Translations under genes and position numbers: made by a program | In this document: positions 26,576-39,624 of the stretch, piece after piece | How the letters are laid out: each line of letters begins with the position of its first letter | How positions within the stretch are numbered: the stretch's first letter is position 1 | Assembly (NCBI GenBank): GCA_046563655.1 | Contig: CM102289.1 | Span: 4,154,001-4,218,000, forward strand | DNA from: Yuukianura sp. NJ FZ-2021 | Lineage: Eukaryota | DNA length: 64,000 bases | Reading direction: 5' to 3' | The notes under the pieces: generated by a model | The model's database searches: none | The model's input: only the letters and a program-made list of their open reading frames with translations | What the model was told of the DNA's origin: nothing

Positions 26576-27348
26576 GAAGATTCACAACGGAACAACAACA
26601 CAACGGGTTCATTTACTGGTGAGTAAATATTTCCAAGAGGTCATTGACCTCTCGTTAGGGGTCAATAACCTCCAGAAAAATTCCTAACATGATTACTACG
26701 CTGGTACCTTATTAAGTTTTGGAAAAGTGGGACAAAGCGGGAAGTTTTTCCTTAAAAAGAATTGTTTGAATCATACTGTTCTTTTGATCTGAAACCGCAT
26801 CCTGAAAGATCAGAATCAATTTTTACTAGTAAAAAGTAAAAACTAATGTAAAAAGTTTGTGAGTTTCCATCTTCACTTTTTTCTTTTTTCTGCTATTGTA
26901 TTTTTGTTAGGTTAGTTTGTTGGTCATAATGGCGCCAATTTGTTCAGAAAGTTTTTGCCTCGAGCGCATGCGCGCAGTCAAACGGTTCAGCGGTCCTGTA
27001 ACTTCTAAGAGATTAATCACTTCGACTTTTCTTCACGTTTCTTCCGACAACGGAAGATGACTGCTTCAATTTTGTTTTCCTTGAAACGGAAATTACCGGT
27101 AAATTTTCACAGTGCTTTCGAAATTTGTAACATTTTTGCGGTCTTTTTGCAACAACATTTTTTACACTATGGCAAATTTTTAATGTGAAGCTGTGAAACT
27201 AGGAGACAATTCGAACGGAAAGACACTCAATTTGCAATAATTTATAAAACCTTTCAGTTCTTGTTACTGCAGAATGTTGGCGTTTTTTCTAAATCTTATG
27301 TTGCTACTTTTGTATATCGAATTTTGATGCTGAATTTTCATTTTTTAG

Positions 27349-29134
27349 GCGTTTCAACATGGAGCAGAAAAGTTGCCAGCAAAACATGGGACACTCTACG
27401 TCGTTCGGGATCCAGCGACAAACTGAATTCAATGACACTCGACAAAAGCTTAATAGGATTTTCAAAATACAATTCAAAAAAGTGCAGCACAGTTTTTCAA
27501 CAAACTTATGAAGAAGAACACGAAGATCCCGAAAATTTCGATGGTTCAACCAAATCCTCCGAGAGATCGTCGTCCAACCAAAATCCAGGAATCTTAAGAC
27601 GAAATTTAAGCCGCGTTGAATCCTTACGCAATTTACTGAAACCAAACAAACCAAAGTCTAAAACAAAGATTGACAAGGGTGTGGACACTCAAGACTTGGA
27701 CCGAGAATCTCCAACCACTATTGAATTGCTTGGATTTACCAGCAGAGGTCAAAGGTCATTCCAGCAGCAGCCGCTAGCAAAGTCCACTAGCTGCGACAAC
27801 CTCTGTTTCACATCCCGTGTTTACTTGGAAGACGATTCGTCAACCCTGGAAGGAGGAACATCAATTTCAGTTTTTAGTGGCGGAAGTTACAGACTGGGAA
27901 ATGCACGGACACTGGTCAAACGTTCATTTTTTCCACATGCTTAGATTAGATCCAAGCTGTCTTCACTTCCGGAAGAACCAACCACGCCTTCAGTAAACTT
28001 TAGATCAACCGATCTGCCAACTCTTATCACAGCATGGGCAACTTAGTTCTGGAGCATGAACATTGGTCAAAGTCCAATTCTATCCAACGCTAGCTTGACT
28101 TGCTTCGATGGACATCAGCGACTGACAGACCCTCTGAGTCAAATCCGAATTGACTTGATGCATAAAACACCACAGTGGGAAGACATAGTCGAAAACAGTT
28201 TAAAAAGCAAGAGACGACGTTCTTTTTCAATTGGCGACATTTTGAATTCCAGTGACGAATCAATCACTTTTGGTGAAGAATTAAATCAGAAGGAAGAGAG
28301 CGGATATGACAGTGACTCTACCAGAAATGGACAAGAATCGCCAAGAAGTTCAGGGAAATTGCCAATTGCTGAGCAAATGGAAGCTGTTACTTCAAGTAGT
28401 AGCAGTGGATGCTCAGATTATGAAAAAAGTTCAATTCATGAAGAACTTTTGAAACAAGCGCTGGAAGAAGTTTACGCAGAAGCAGTCAACAGCGTGTCGA
28501 ATTTGGAAAATGAAAATACAAGTTTAGCTAAAACGAAAGAATCAGACGTAGTTACAAATTGCTCTAGTCAAAGTCATCGTCAATCGGCTCCGTCGCTGCG
28601 CTTGCGCAACAAAGTTCGTGACAGAGATTCGCCCACGATGACACAAGCGTCAGTTAAATCTGTATCGTTGACGTTGTTTACGATTTCGTTTCATAAGGGC
28701 CCTACTCGGAAGGGCTTGGGGTTTAGCGTTGTTGGCGGAAAAGATTCGGCAAAAGGAAGTATGGGCATTTTTGTTAGAAGAATTTTTCCAAATGGGCAAG
28801 CGGCTGAAGATGGAACAATTTGTGAAGGTAATCGAGTAGAAACTTAACAATTTTTGTTAATTAACTTTCATGTTAATTAATTATTTGATTTTTGGTTTTA
28901 GGGGATGAAATTTTGTCAATCAATGGTACTCCTCTGGCTGGCGTAACACATACAGAAGCTTTAAATGTTTTCAAAAGTATCAAAAGTGGTGAAGTTTTTC
29001 TTCAAGTAGCTCGTCGTGAAAGATGCAAAGTTCAAAAAGTACCTCAAAATACGTCTAATACTGCCAGTACTAACTTCAAAAGCAGAATATACCAATTTTC
29101 AGTGCTAATTCGACAACTAATCGCAAAATGTTAG
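27349..29134 (+). CDS. Ser-rich protein with a C-terminal PDZ domain (PDZD2/pro-IL-16/big-bang-type PDZ); 5' end and middle introns uncertain
   Basis: [53 protein letters not shown]...HTEALNVFK, with intron 28828-28901. Upstream ORFs share one frame, interrupted by two TAGs that look like splice acceptors. Confidence 0.8.
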
Positions 29135-29394
29135 GAAACAAGTCAAGATCCATTTCATGTGACCAGCTAACTCGATACCATTAATTTCCATTACTACTTT
29201 ATATCCATAATACATAATTTTATTTTTTGAAATTTTTACATAATTGCAGTGTGAAATCCCATGGACATTTGAAAAAGTTTGAAACTTTTTGAAAATTTTG
29301 CTAAATTCAATTTTAAGGCTACGTTCTACTGCAGTTTCCGTACTTTCCTTTTGCGAGAAAAAAAAAAGCAATATGTTAATTTTTATTTTCAAAC

Positions 29395-30023
29395 CAGTGT
29401 TGGCAGCATCCCCTTCCCACTGGGGACTGGGGTGGGGATTAATGGGGTTCTCCCCAGGCTCGGAGGTGGGGATTTGGGGCTCTATGAGGATTTCGTTTTT
29501 TTTAACGAAGAATGTATGAGTTTTTTTTATGGTTTTCTATCTAATAACACGCAAATAATGGGAACCATAAGTGATGTGTTGAATATTATATATTATATAT
29601 AATTTATCAATAAATAAAACGTATTATATATGTTATATTATACATATATGATCAAACTTGTGCATATTATATTAAATTACAGACATTATAAATATCATTA
29701 TACATATATTCGGGTATTGCATATCATTTATAATATATTTATATATTATAATATAATAAATTGTAAATATTATATAATATAAAATGTTCAACACCGGAAT
29801 TAAGTTAAAGTTTCATGATGACGGATTTGAACAAAGAACAAAACAGGGAATGTGTGGGAATGTTCGGGGTGGAGCTACACAGAATTCTGGCTTTGCGCAG
29901 ACGCTGAGCCTGCGCAGTACTAAACATCGCGAGGGCCCCAATAATCCCCAAATCCCCGGGAATTTGGGGATAACCCCAATTTCCCGGGGAAAACATCAAA
30001 TCCCCGGGGAAAAGCCAACACTG
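29395..30023. mobile_element. hAT-type MITE (629 bp) with an AT-rich core and G/C-run subterminal repeats
   Basis: TIR CAGTGTTGGC/GCCAACACTG and 8-bp TSD TTTCAAAC (29387-29394, 30024-30031). Confidence 0.88.
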
Positions 30024-30909
30024 TTTCAAACAATGTATTAATGAAATTTCTATCTATTTGGATTGTTTGTTTTTGAAATTTGAACATTTTTCTATAATTT
30101 GTAAGTTGTATTGTTCTTGGTTTTACTTGGAAGTGAAAGCAGCTTTCTCTTTCACCTTTCTTTTGGAGCAGATTTTGAATCATACAAATTTCGAAACTTT
30201 CACTGAGGAAAGTCAAGTAAAGTATTAAAACGTGGATGGATTTACAACAGATATAAATTAATTATTAACCATTTAGAAATTTTAGGTTAGTTGATAGCAA
30301 GGTAAATAGAATACTTAAAGGTAAGGTCCCTGGAAATTGTTTTTTCAAAACCGAGTTGCTATTGGATTTTTTTCACTCCGAGTTCATTTATTTACGGTGC
30401 TGTTCAACATTTTCATCATTTTAGTCTCAATACTTTCGCCGCAAACTTAAAAATAGCTTAAAAACTCGGATGAACCTGTATTTTCACTCGGAGTGACGTC
30501 AATTCGAGTGAAATTGTAAACAACTCAAGAATCGGTTTTGGTCGCTAAGGCATTTTTGCCACCCCCTGAGTTGATAGTAGTTTTTGAAATGGAGGAAGAC
30601 CTGAAAGAAACTTTACCAATCAATCGGCCTCAGCATTCGATTGGAAATACTCATCAATTATCCAGGGCACAACTTTTGAAAGAGCTTTTAAAAAACGTTT
30701 TACCAAACGTTTGCCAAAGTTTAGTTGTACTGGTTCGCCTCGTAGCATTGGTAAGGCCAAGAATAATACAAATTTGTCCAAATACTAAAACTAATTTGTG
30801 CGAAAACGTGTTTTTCATTTACAGCTTCTCTTATGTCTTGCTTTAGTCTTCAGCATTTTGTTAGTCCAGGATTCGGAATTGAAAAACTTCAGTAAAACAA
30901 GGAACGGGA

Positions 30910-31520
30910 TCGAAAGGAGAAGGCACAAAGTCCATAAGAAAGTTGCCTTGGTGGTATTCAAATGAAATTTTTACCAGTTGTTCGGGCCACTACTGGCATC
31001 ATATTTGCAAATGTTCAGATTCGTAGAAACGATAGGTCAAGGGTCACGGGGGGTCAAAGTTCACCATGTCATCCTATGGCTACCCCATACAAGTAGCATA
31101 TCGTTGGAACGGGCTTGACCTCCTGATTCAGAAAGTGTATATATGTCAATATCTATGGCGCATAACAACGGAGTTATGGCGATAAACGTCCAAGTAGGTG
31201 AGATTCGCGAGCGGGTGGGACAGCGAGATTTCGACTCTTGGCGCCATAACTCCGTTGTCTTGCGCCATAGATATCGACATATATATATTTTCTGAATCAG
31301 GAGGTCAAGCCCGTTCCAACAATATGCTACTTTCATGGGGTCGTCATAGGACAACAACTTGACCTTTGACCCCCCGTGCCCCCTGACCTATCGTTTCTAG
31401 GGGTCTGAAAATTTGCACGTATGCTCCCAACATTAATCTTAACAACTGGGAAAAATTTCATTGGAATCGCACCAAGATAACTTTTCAATGGGTTTTCGCC
31501 CTTCCTCTTTTTGAGTCCAA
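30910..31520. mobile_element. Palindromic dispersed repeat with diverged inverted arms of about 270 bp
   Basis: 30910-31180 is an imperfect reverse complement of 31240-31510. A third copy lies at 23770-24050. Confidence 0.75.
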
Positions 31521-32648
31521 AATCTCAAAAATATGGCTTAGAGTCAAAAAAAATTTTTTTTGCGCCAAACGTTCCCATGAAACGTTTAAGGTTTGAAACA
31601 TGAAAAAAATAGGGGGAAAAACGAAATAAAAAAACAACAAACAAACAAACAAATTTTCGAAAATTTTGAGCCGGCTGGGGGAGGCAACTACGAATTGGCG
31701 AACAGAAGCCTGATGGTGGTAACAAAATACCTGAAACTGGTGGTCAAAATAATCCAGCTGGAGCGGCAACATACTAGGAATTGGTGAACGGAAACCAAAC
31801 GGTACTAGCAACATACCTGGTACCGTAGGTCAGAATAAGCCGGTTGGAGGTGGTAACATACTACTTGGAATTGGCAAAACGAAGCCAGATTGCCGTAACA
31901 AAAAAAAACTGGAAATTCTGATGAAAATGATCCTGTTGGAGGTGGTAACATACTTGGAATTGGTGGGAAGGACAAATCCAGCGGAGCAAGCAATATACCA
32001 GGTTCCGGATGAAACAGTATACTCGGAAGTCGAAAACAAATACCAAAAAGAGAAAATAATCCCAACGTTCCAACTTTGTTTTAATAGCGTTTCCTTAAAT
32101 ACACAAATGATATACAAAACTTTGCAAATACAATCATCCTGTGCTATTTTAGTGTCTGTATTTGCCCGAATTATGAATATGTTAGACTATATTTTTTGTA
32201 ATAAATCCCAGGTTTACAAAACTCGATAGCAAAAGAAATACAGTACAATAAGAGGAATAGAGAAAGAGTATAACGTTGCTGTGCGAATTTACTCTACGAT
32301 GTAAATTATCATTTATTTACTTTAGCAAAAGTATTTATTCTGCATGGGTGTAGGCTAAGGCAGTGGTGAAGGTTACGGGTAACTGGTTTGAACCAGTCAA
32401 GATACTCCAAAAGGTGAAAAAATGTCGTTAAAAATACATTTGTACTGAAAGTTAAACTCAGTCGTATATCCAACTCGTTTGTGTTTTCCTTTTCTTGTTA
32501 ATAGTCGTCTTCATTACAATTCTTTGGGTACAACTTGAAGTTTTGAAAATCTACGTCTATGTTTTGAAACCAAATTGAAAAACAATATCTTTCAAATCTT
32601 TCACAAGTTTCATAGCCTAGCGAATTTCTTTCTTATGGGATAGAAGTC

Positions 32649-33719
32649 ATGATGGTTTCGACGCTTGCTTCAATTCTGCAACAAGTTGTAGTAGCACTCT
32701 TGGTGTTGAGTAACGTTGAAGGCCTAGTAAATATTCCAGAACCTGGATTCAAGGATGAACGTCCAGTGGCTTTTTCAAGGGAAAATTCGTTTTGCACCAA
32801 TATTCCTTCAATCTGGCCAGTTTTCTTGGAAAACGTAAGTAATATTTGCTCCTTCGTAAATTTTCTTTGCTGTTTTACAGCAAACATGACGATGCAATTA
32901 TTCTGTAATTAGTACATGACAATGAGGTTTTTAACAGGAATTTTGTGTTACAGTTGCTTGGTACTTGGTATTTGGTACGTTATCAAGAACGAATTGGCTT
33001 TAAGAGACCCAACGATTGTTCTACATTGGAGATTGGAAATTATACAGTAGATGAAGGACACATTTCAGTAGTAACGCTGAAAGCCAAAACAAAGACCAGT
33101 TACACTCCAGAATCGAAGTTCATCACAGTTGAAAGTAGTGCATTAGCTGGATTCATCGGACCGGATGATTCTAGTGGAATGAAGTCCGGACGAATGCAGC
33201 TCACTACCGGCGGACTCTATAGTAAGCCGGGCTATCTATCATCATCTCAATATTTTCTAAATGCAATAAACCTAATAGCATACATTTTATATTTTAATAT
33301 TTTGGGAAGCAGAAGAGATTCAAAAATGTTGAATTATTGTACGCGTACCAAGTAGTGTATGTAACCCCAGGAGTTATTTTTTTTCTGTGCTTGTAGCAGG
33401 GAACGTTGCGTGTGGAACAAGCGGCGCTTGCGGAAGTTTCATAATTGTTGGTGCTACGAAACCGCCGCGACTGTCAGACTTTACTGGAAATTATGATTCT
33501 GTACTGTACATGACATGCCAAATGCAATATCAGGGACGCTGGGAACCAATTCCGTTGCTCAACGAAATGGGAATTTTGAGCAGGACTGCAAGCGTGCCGG
33601 ATTATGCGCAAGAATACTATGACGCAATTATCGAGAAGTTGAAATCATCTTTTGACTACTTTCAAAACATTTCTGAATGGAATAACATTCGCCATAGTCC
33701 CAAAATATGTAACAACTAA
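32649..33719 (+). CDS. Lipocalin (ApoD-like), 3 exons (32649-32834, 32954-33221, ~33397-33719)
   Basis: Signal peptide, GTWY motif, C..C pattern, GNYDSVLYMTC and ILSR motifs. NAGNAG acceptor at exon 3. Confidence 0.8.
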
Positions 33720-34075
33720 ACAGTGTGATTAAGCGCTTGTGTTAACTAAAAGGTAAACTAGCTCATAGGTTTTAGAATGGAAACCTTAAAACTCGTATTT
33801 GTTTAATCCGTTGTTCATTTTATCAAAATGTGACAATTTTAGGAATAATTCCTCCTTTTTTCTTTATATTTCTACGTGTCACATCAATTGTAATTCTAAT
33901 CAACAATATAAATAACAATATAAAAATAAATAATCATCAATTGTAATTTAGTTTTCAGGGAGAAAGCATTTTTTTTATTCCAATTTTTTTTTCGAAATTT
34001 GACCGACACATGCGTATTATAGTAGGCAAGGAAATAATATTTATTTTTGAGTCACGCTAGGTAAGTGATGAACTT

Positions 34076-35145
34076 TCATCCACGTCTTTCTTTTGCAGTA
34101 TTCAAAACATGGTTCATAAATGTGACTTCGTCGAGCACGTAATCCTCACGAGTAACGTCATCATAAGCACCTCCGATCACTCTTGCACTCACTACGAACA
34201 TTGGACAGTGATGCAGAGTTTCTGGTAGTTCAGTTTTGATTTTTTCAATGATTGCAGCCTTGGCACCTTCTTTTACTTCTTTCTTTGGTTTTTTTAATCG
34301 GAATGCACGACTGTCAATGGCAGCATCTGACTTAGAACGCACAAAAACTACCGGAACCTAAAAAATACCAGCAAGATTAACGTTTTGAAGCAAATCAAAA
34401 TAATACAATGAATAGAATTGATTTGGTGAAGTGAGCTTACATCCATTTTTTCGCAAGCGTAGGCAATGTCGACGTCCAGGGCCATAAAACGATCGGAGAT
34501 AAGAATCACAGTGTCAAAGGCGTAAAGTTTCTTTGCAAAGAAGTAGCCGTAGGAACCGTGCGACTGCGTACCGCCGCCTGGAAGATCCCATAGTACGATA
34601 CTTGGGTTAGTCGGGTGAACGTATTTTGCTAGTTCGGTGGTGCATTCGACTTCGTCCACTTTGGCGGCATCTACAATACAAATTTAAAAACATTTTTTTC
34701 CAAGTCCAACATCCAAATTTTCCGTTCTCAGATTCAAAAAATACGGAGATACTCTTGTACCTGGCGAATCGTCTTCCACTCCACGCAAAGCATTAATAAT
34801 TGAAGATTTTCCCGAACCAGAGATTCCTGTGAATATGAAGTTGTAACAATTTGGGTCAATCCCAAACTCTGCCCGTGCTGCAGCAATTAAATCGTCTATG
34901 GTACTTCCAGTTCGTTCTTGCACAGAATCTGATATGGGAACTCCTCTGCATGGTTTTCCAAGAGCTGCAGCTAACTGTTGTGGAATCGACAAAAAACCCT
35001 TCGCGACGTCTTCACCCAAGTCGCCGATGAAGTCCACGGATTCATTGACTGCGTTAGCAACTGTTTGGCCAACGTTTTCAAGCGTTTGACCAACACTTTC
35101 AAATGCATTACCAACTTCTTGCACTACTGACTCCGCTGCACCCAT
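34076..35145 (-). CDS. IRG/p47 (interferon-inducible GTPase-like) P-loop GTPase 1, 3 exons (35145-34761, 34670-34441, 34357-34076)
   Basis: G1 GISGSGKSSIINALRG, G2 VECT, G3 LWDLPGGG, G4 RSKSD, G5 VSAR; N-terminal MGAAES. Confidence 0.88.
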
Positions 35146-35838
35146 CTCGAATTGCTTTCTTGGTCTGGCTTTAAAGATGATAAAGTACCAGACTCCTGGA
35201 CTATCGTTTCTTTACGACTTAATTTTGAGTGCTTAAAAACTTAAGCAAAATGATGTTAAGGCTTCCTTTGTTATTGTTTTTTCTGCAATCACCGCCCAAG
35301 CACAGGAAAGTGTTTCTGCAGAAAGAGTATGACGCTCTTGTTTGTGAATATGGGTGTAGGAAGCGCAGTTTTGGATACAACCTTGCGTTTTTTTTACTGC
35401 ACTGACGTAAGTCCCATGTTGCTCTTCGCCTGGATCATTTTAAATCACAAGATTTTTGAGGCTTAGAATGGTCTGACTATTACTTAGACTTGACCGAAAA
35501 ATTGAAGCAAAATGTAATGTAAAGAAAAGTGTAACTTCACACGTCACAGTTTGAAAAAAAAACAGTGATTTTTCTTCCAATTAAATGCAATAGGGTGTGT
35601 CTAGAGCTAAATCTCTGTGTCCTAGCCATGTATGGGAAGACAGAACATAACGCGACGTTAGGAAAAGTCACTGGATTCTTCATCTCCTTGCAAATCCAAC
35701 ATCTAAAAACACCCACACCCAAGCATTTTTTTTCCATACTTCTCCCATTCCAAAATTACATGAACAGCAAACCACACAAGTTAGAGTTATACGTGCTGGC
35801 TTACGTGCAGATTTATTATTGCTGTAGTAGTACTTGGG

Positions 35839-36653
35839 CGAAGCAGGTGAATTCGTAAACTCAATTTCGTAAACAGTCAACTCGTAAACACGCAATTCGT
35901 AAACCGTCAATTCGTAAACACCCTAATTCGTAAACATGCGAACTCGTAAACAACCAAATTCGTAAAACTCTCAATTCATAAACATGGCAATTCGTAAACA
36001 AGAGCAATTCCTAAACATCTCAATTCGTAAACAGTCAATTCATAAACGCAGTGAATTCGTAAACATTCGAATTCGTAAACTCCATACCAAAAAATATAGA
36101 TTTTTCACCCGCAAATGAAATCTCGAATTTTTGGAAATTTTTGACCTTTGAAAATTCTCCATAAGGTTACATGTTAATTTTTTTTTTGAAATTTTTTTTA
36201 TTCAGTTTATGGATTTAATTGCAGCTAGTCATAAAACAGTGATGTTTTACTGAATTAGCCGAGCAAAGCGAGGCCCGTTAGGTTTGGTTAGAAATAAAAA
36301 AAATTCAGAAAAAAATTAGCATGTAACCTTATGGGAAATTTTCAAATTTCAAAAATTTCCAAAAATTCGAGATTTCATTTGCGGGGAAAAAATCTATATT
36401 TTCGGTATGGAGTTTACGAATTCGGATGTTTACGAATTCACTGCGTTTATGAATTGACTGTTTACGAATTGAGATGTTTAGGAATTGCTCTTGTTTACGA
36501 ATTGCCATGTTTATGAATTGAGAGTTTTACGAATTTGGTTGTTTACGAGTTCGCGTGTTTACGAATTAGGATGTTTACGAATTGACGGTTTACGAATTGC
36601 GTGTTTACGAGTTGACTGTTTACGAAATTGAGTTTACGAATTGACCCGGAACC
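35839..36653. mobile_element. Foldback/MULE-like non-autonomous element with long modular TIRs
   Basis: Near-perfect inverted arms of about 340 bp built from TTCGTAAAC subrepeats, with 9-bp TSD GTACTTGGG (35830-35838, 36654-36662). Confidence 0.85.
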
Positions 36654-37160
36654 GTACTTGGGGGCATCGCCACGCAAAACATTACACGGCAACGATTGTG
36701 TTGGAAATCTGTCACTGTCATATTTCATGAATACAATTTAAATGAGCGAATGTGCAAACAAAATTCAATGAAATTTATTCCTACTTTTCTGTCTCAGGGC
36801 AAGGCTGTGTATTTTTAATCTTAAAATTCTAGCTGGATAAGATATTGATAGGTGATTTCTAACCGAAACAAAAAATGCATAATATAGTAACATCCGGAAA
36901 ACAGAAATAGCTGATCATCAGGGTGAAAACATACTTTTGTAAAACTAACTGTAAGTGTTTCGTTCTACTCCGACAAATCTGTCCTGTTACTGTTCCAAGA
37001 ACCTGTTATATAGCAAAAGCTTAACGCGTCACTTCATAGTGCCTTTTATGAAACCTTCATCTCTTTCTGGCAGTTGGTTGGCTGGAAGAACTTAATTCTG
37101 CAGGAAAGTGAATAAACCAATTTAAGAAAATTAAAGTTATTTTTTTAAAGTTTTATCAAA

Positions 37161-38660
37161 ATGGGGGGCGTGGTATCCGTTTTAGCTCCGATTTTACCTG
37201 TAATTGTCGAACACGTTCTTCGGGCTTTACTTACTCAAAAGCCAAATTGTCCAACGCCTATGCCAGTCGCAGAAACGCATAAGTCTGCAGAACAACTTCG
37301 GGAGGAAGCTAGAGCCGAGTTAGGAATTGATACCATCAATTGCTATAATTTTGGATTTTCAGGAAATTCTGGTACAGGAAAATCCTCGCTCATCAATGCT
37401 CTTCGAAACGTGGATGACTCTTCACCAGGTTTCTTATTTGTGTATTTTGATTAATTTTACGCAGAGGTTTTTACATTTATTTTTTTGTTACATTTGTTGA
37501 AAAATGGCTTTCATTTTTTCCGTTACATGCTTTTTCACAAGTTCAAGAAGAGGGTTTTTTGGCTAAAAATTTTTGCCATAAAAATCTGGTGTTTCGAAGT
37601 GTTTTAAATCAATTTTTTTGTTTCTATTTAAGCACAATAAGGAGCATATATGAATTTCCGTGCTTGCTCGCATTATTGACTCTTTGCTGCAGTCAAAGTT
37701 CCAAATTAATTATTAGTTTTTGCAATGAATCTGGCTTTCTAGAAGGTAAAACTAAGTATTATAATAATGTATTATCTAACTCAACTTGACAAACTAATGA
37801 TTCGGATGGATACATAGAAAACCTTGAGTTCAATGACGCGATTCACTGATTGGCAGTTGCATTCCTTTTATAGAAGCGTTTTTATTTTAAAAAGAAAGTA
37901 AAGGCAGCAAAGAACAAAGCTATTTACTGCCAAAAACGAAGAATCCTCTTTAAAAAAGCGATTTTTACGGAAGAATGGAAAAAAAATCTGAGTTGAAACT
38001 GCTAAGTTTACTGCGAAAAGTTCAAAAAAAAGTTGCAAAAATTTGAGGTTAATCCCAAATTTCAGATGCTGCCAGAGTAGATGAAGTGGAATGCACAACA
38101 AAGATTACAAAATATGTCCATCCGGAAAACAAGCACATGGTATTGTGGGATATTCCCGGTGGAGGAACAAAAACCCATACTGCGGGGTCGTATTTTATGG
38201 ACAAGAAGCTCTATGCATTTGACACCATCATTGTCATTGGATCCGATCGTTTTACTGAACTAGACTTAGCCATTGCCGAGGGAGCCAAAGCCTACAACGT
38301 ACGAAAAATATTCAAAACTATTCGCTGTGGTTTAGCTTTCGCATTTTGACCCTGAAATTTCATTTTTGTATTGTACAGGTTCCTGTTGCTTTCGTTCGGT
38401 CGAAGTCAGATGTCGCAATTGACAGTAGGGCGTTTCGAACGAAGAAAGCGAAAAGATTGGTGAAAGGTGACGTTAAGCGGGACATTGCTAAGGACTTGGT
38501 AGCTCAACTTCCGGAAGGTCTACGTGACAGACGACTATTTGTGATTAGTTCTCGCGTGTTCGGCGGAGCCTATGATGGATTCAATCCTGAAGATTATGCT
38601 CTCGATGAATTGGAAATGCTACAGTATGTTTTGACATGTGCAAAATCTAGACGTAACTAA
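37161..38660 (+). CDS. IRG/p47-like GTPase 2, 3 exons (37161-37428, 38066-38298, 38379-38660)
   Basis: GNSGTGKSSLINALRN, VECT, LWDIPGGG, RSKSD, ISSR; N-terminal MGGVVS. Intron positions are identical to paralog 1. Confidence 0.88.
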
Positions 38661-39624
38661 ATGTCCTGAGTTACGACTTTTCAGTTAACATATTCTACTG
38701 GTGGTGTGGAGTTTGTGATATTTGAATAACAACCAACCAAATTTCAACACAATAAATAAATAAAATATTTCCAATTCTAACCCAACACGCACAATAAAAG
38801 AAACTCCAATAAAAATTTTTTCTGGAGAAGGAAAAGTTAAAGTTTTCAACTGAATCTTACCTGAGTTCGACACGTCGATAATCTGCTTTGTTGTGCGCAT
38901 TAAAACGAAGGTAGTGAATAATTAAAAAATAGGCACTAACCCTGTTTTAGTGCTACGGCGTGGGCGACTCACGTATAAAATCTGTACATGTTTTTTACAA
39001 GGTTTTTTAGGTTGTAGAAGTACTAAAACCGAAATCTCATTTTCGCCCAGATTTTTTTTTGTTCATATAAGCCTAAGCTGAAAGCAAATAAAAAAAAACT
39101 TAAATTTATGATTGTAATCGTTTAGTTCGTTTCTAATGAAAATTCAGTGTTGATTCTGAAAATCACAACTCGTGAGATGCCTCACACACGCGCAAGATCA
39201 TTCTCAGGAATAACTTGTCACGCTCATTCTATCTCCACTTTGTATTAACCTTTTTGCACAACTTTCAAGAGAATTGCAATTGCAAATCTTATGCGTAACC
39301 TTATGCTAAAGCATTGGTTGACTTTTTACAGCCCTAGAGACATCATCTCACTTCCAGGAACCTGACTCATGCTTTTCGCTTCTCTCTCAGTAAAAACGGA
39401 AATGAAAACAACATAAATAGAAACTAACACCTTATCGTCCCAAACACTGTTAAATTTAACAACGTGGCTGGAAGAAGTGCGGAAAACAAGTCTCCTTTGT
39501 ATTCTAGTTTTGAAAAAGGAAACTGGTTTGTTGCGGTCAGATTCAAAACCGAAAATAGTTTTGACCCACATCCTACATCTTAACTTGTATTCAACAACCC
39601 CAGATTCTCATTTGCTCCCGTGAA

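Noticed and set aside
36890..37115. ISRE-like GAAA repeats upstream of IRG-like gene 2
   Set aside because: Expected by chance in AT-rich DNA.
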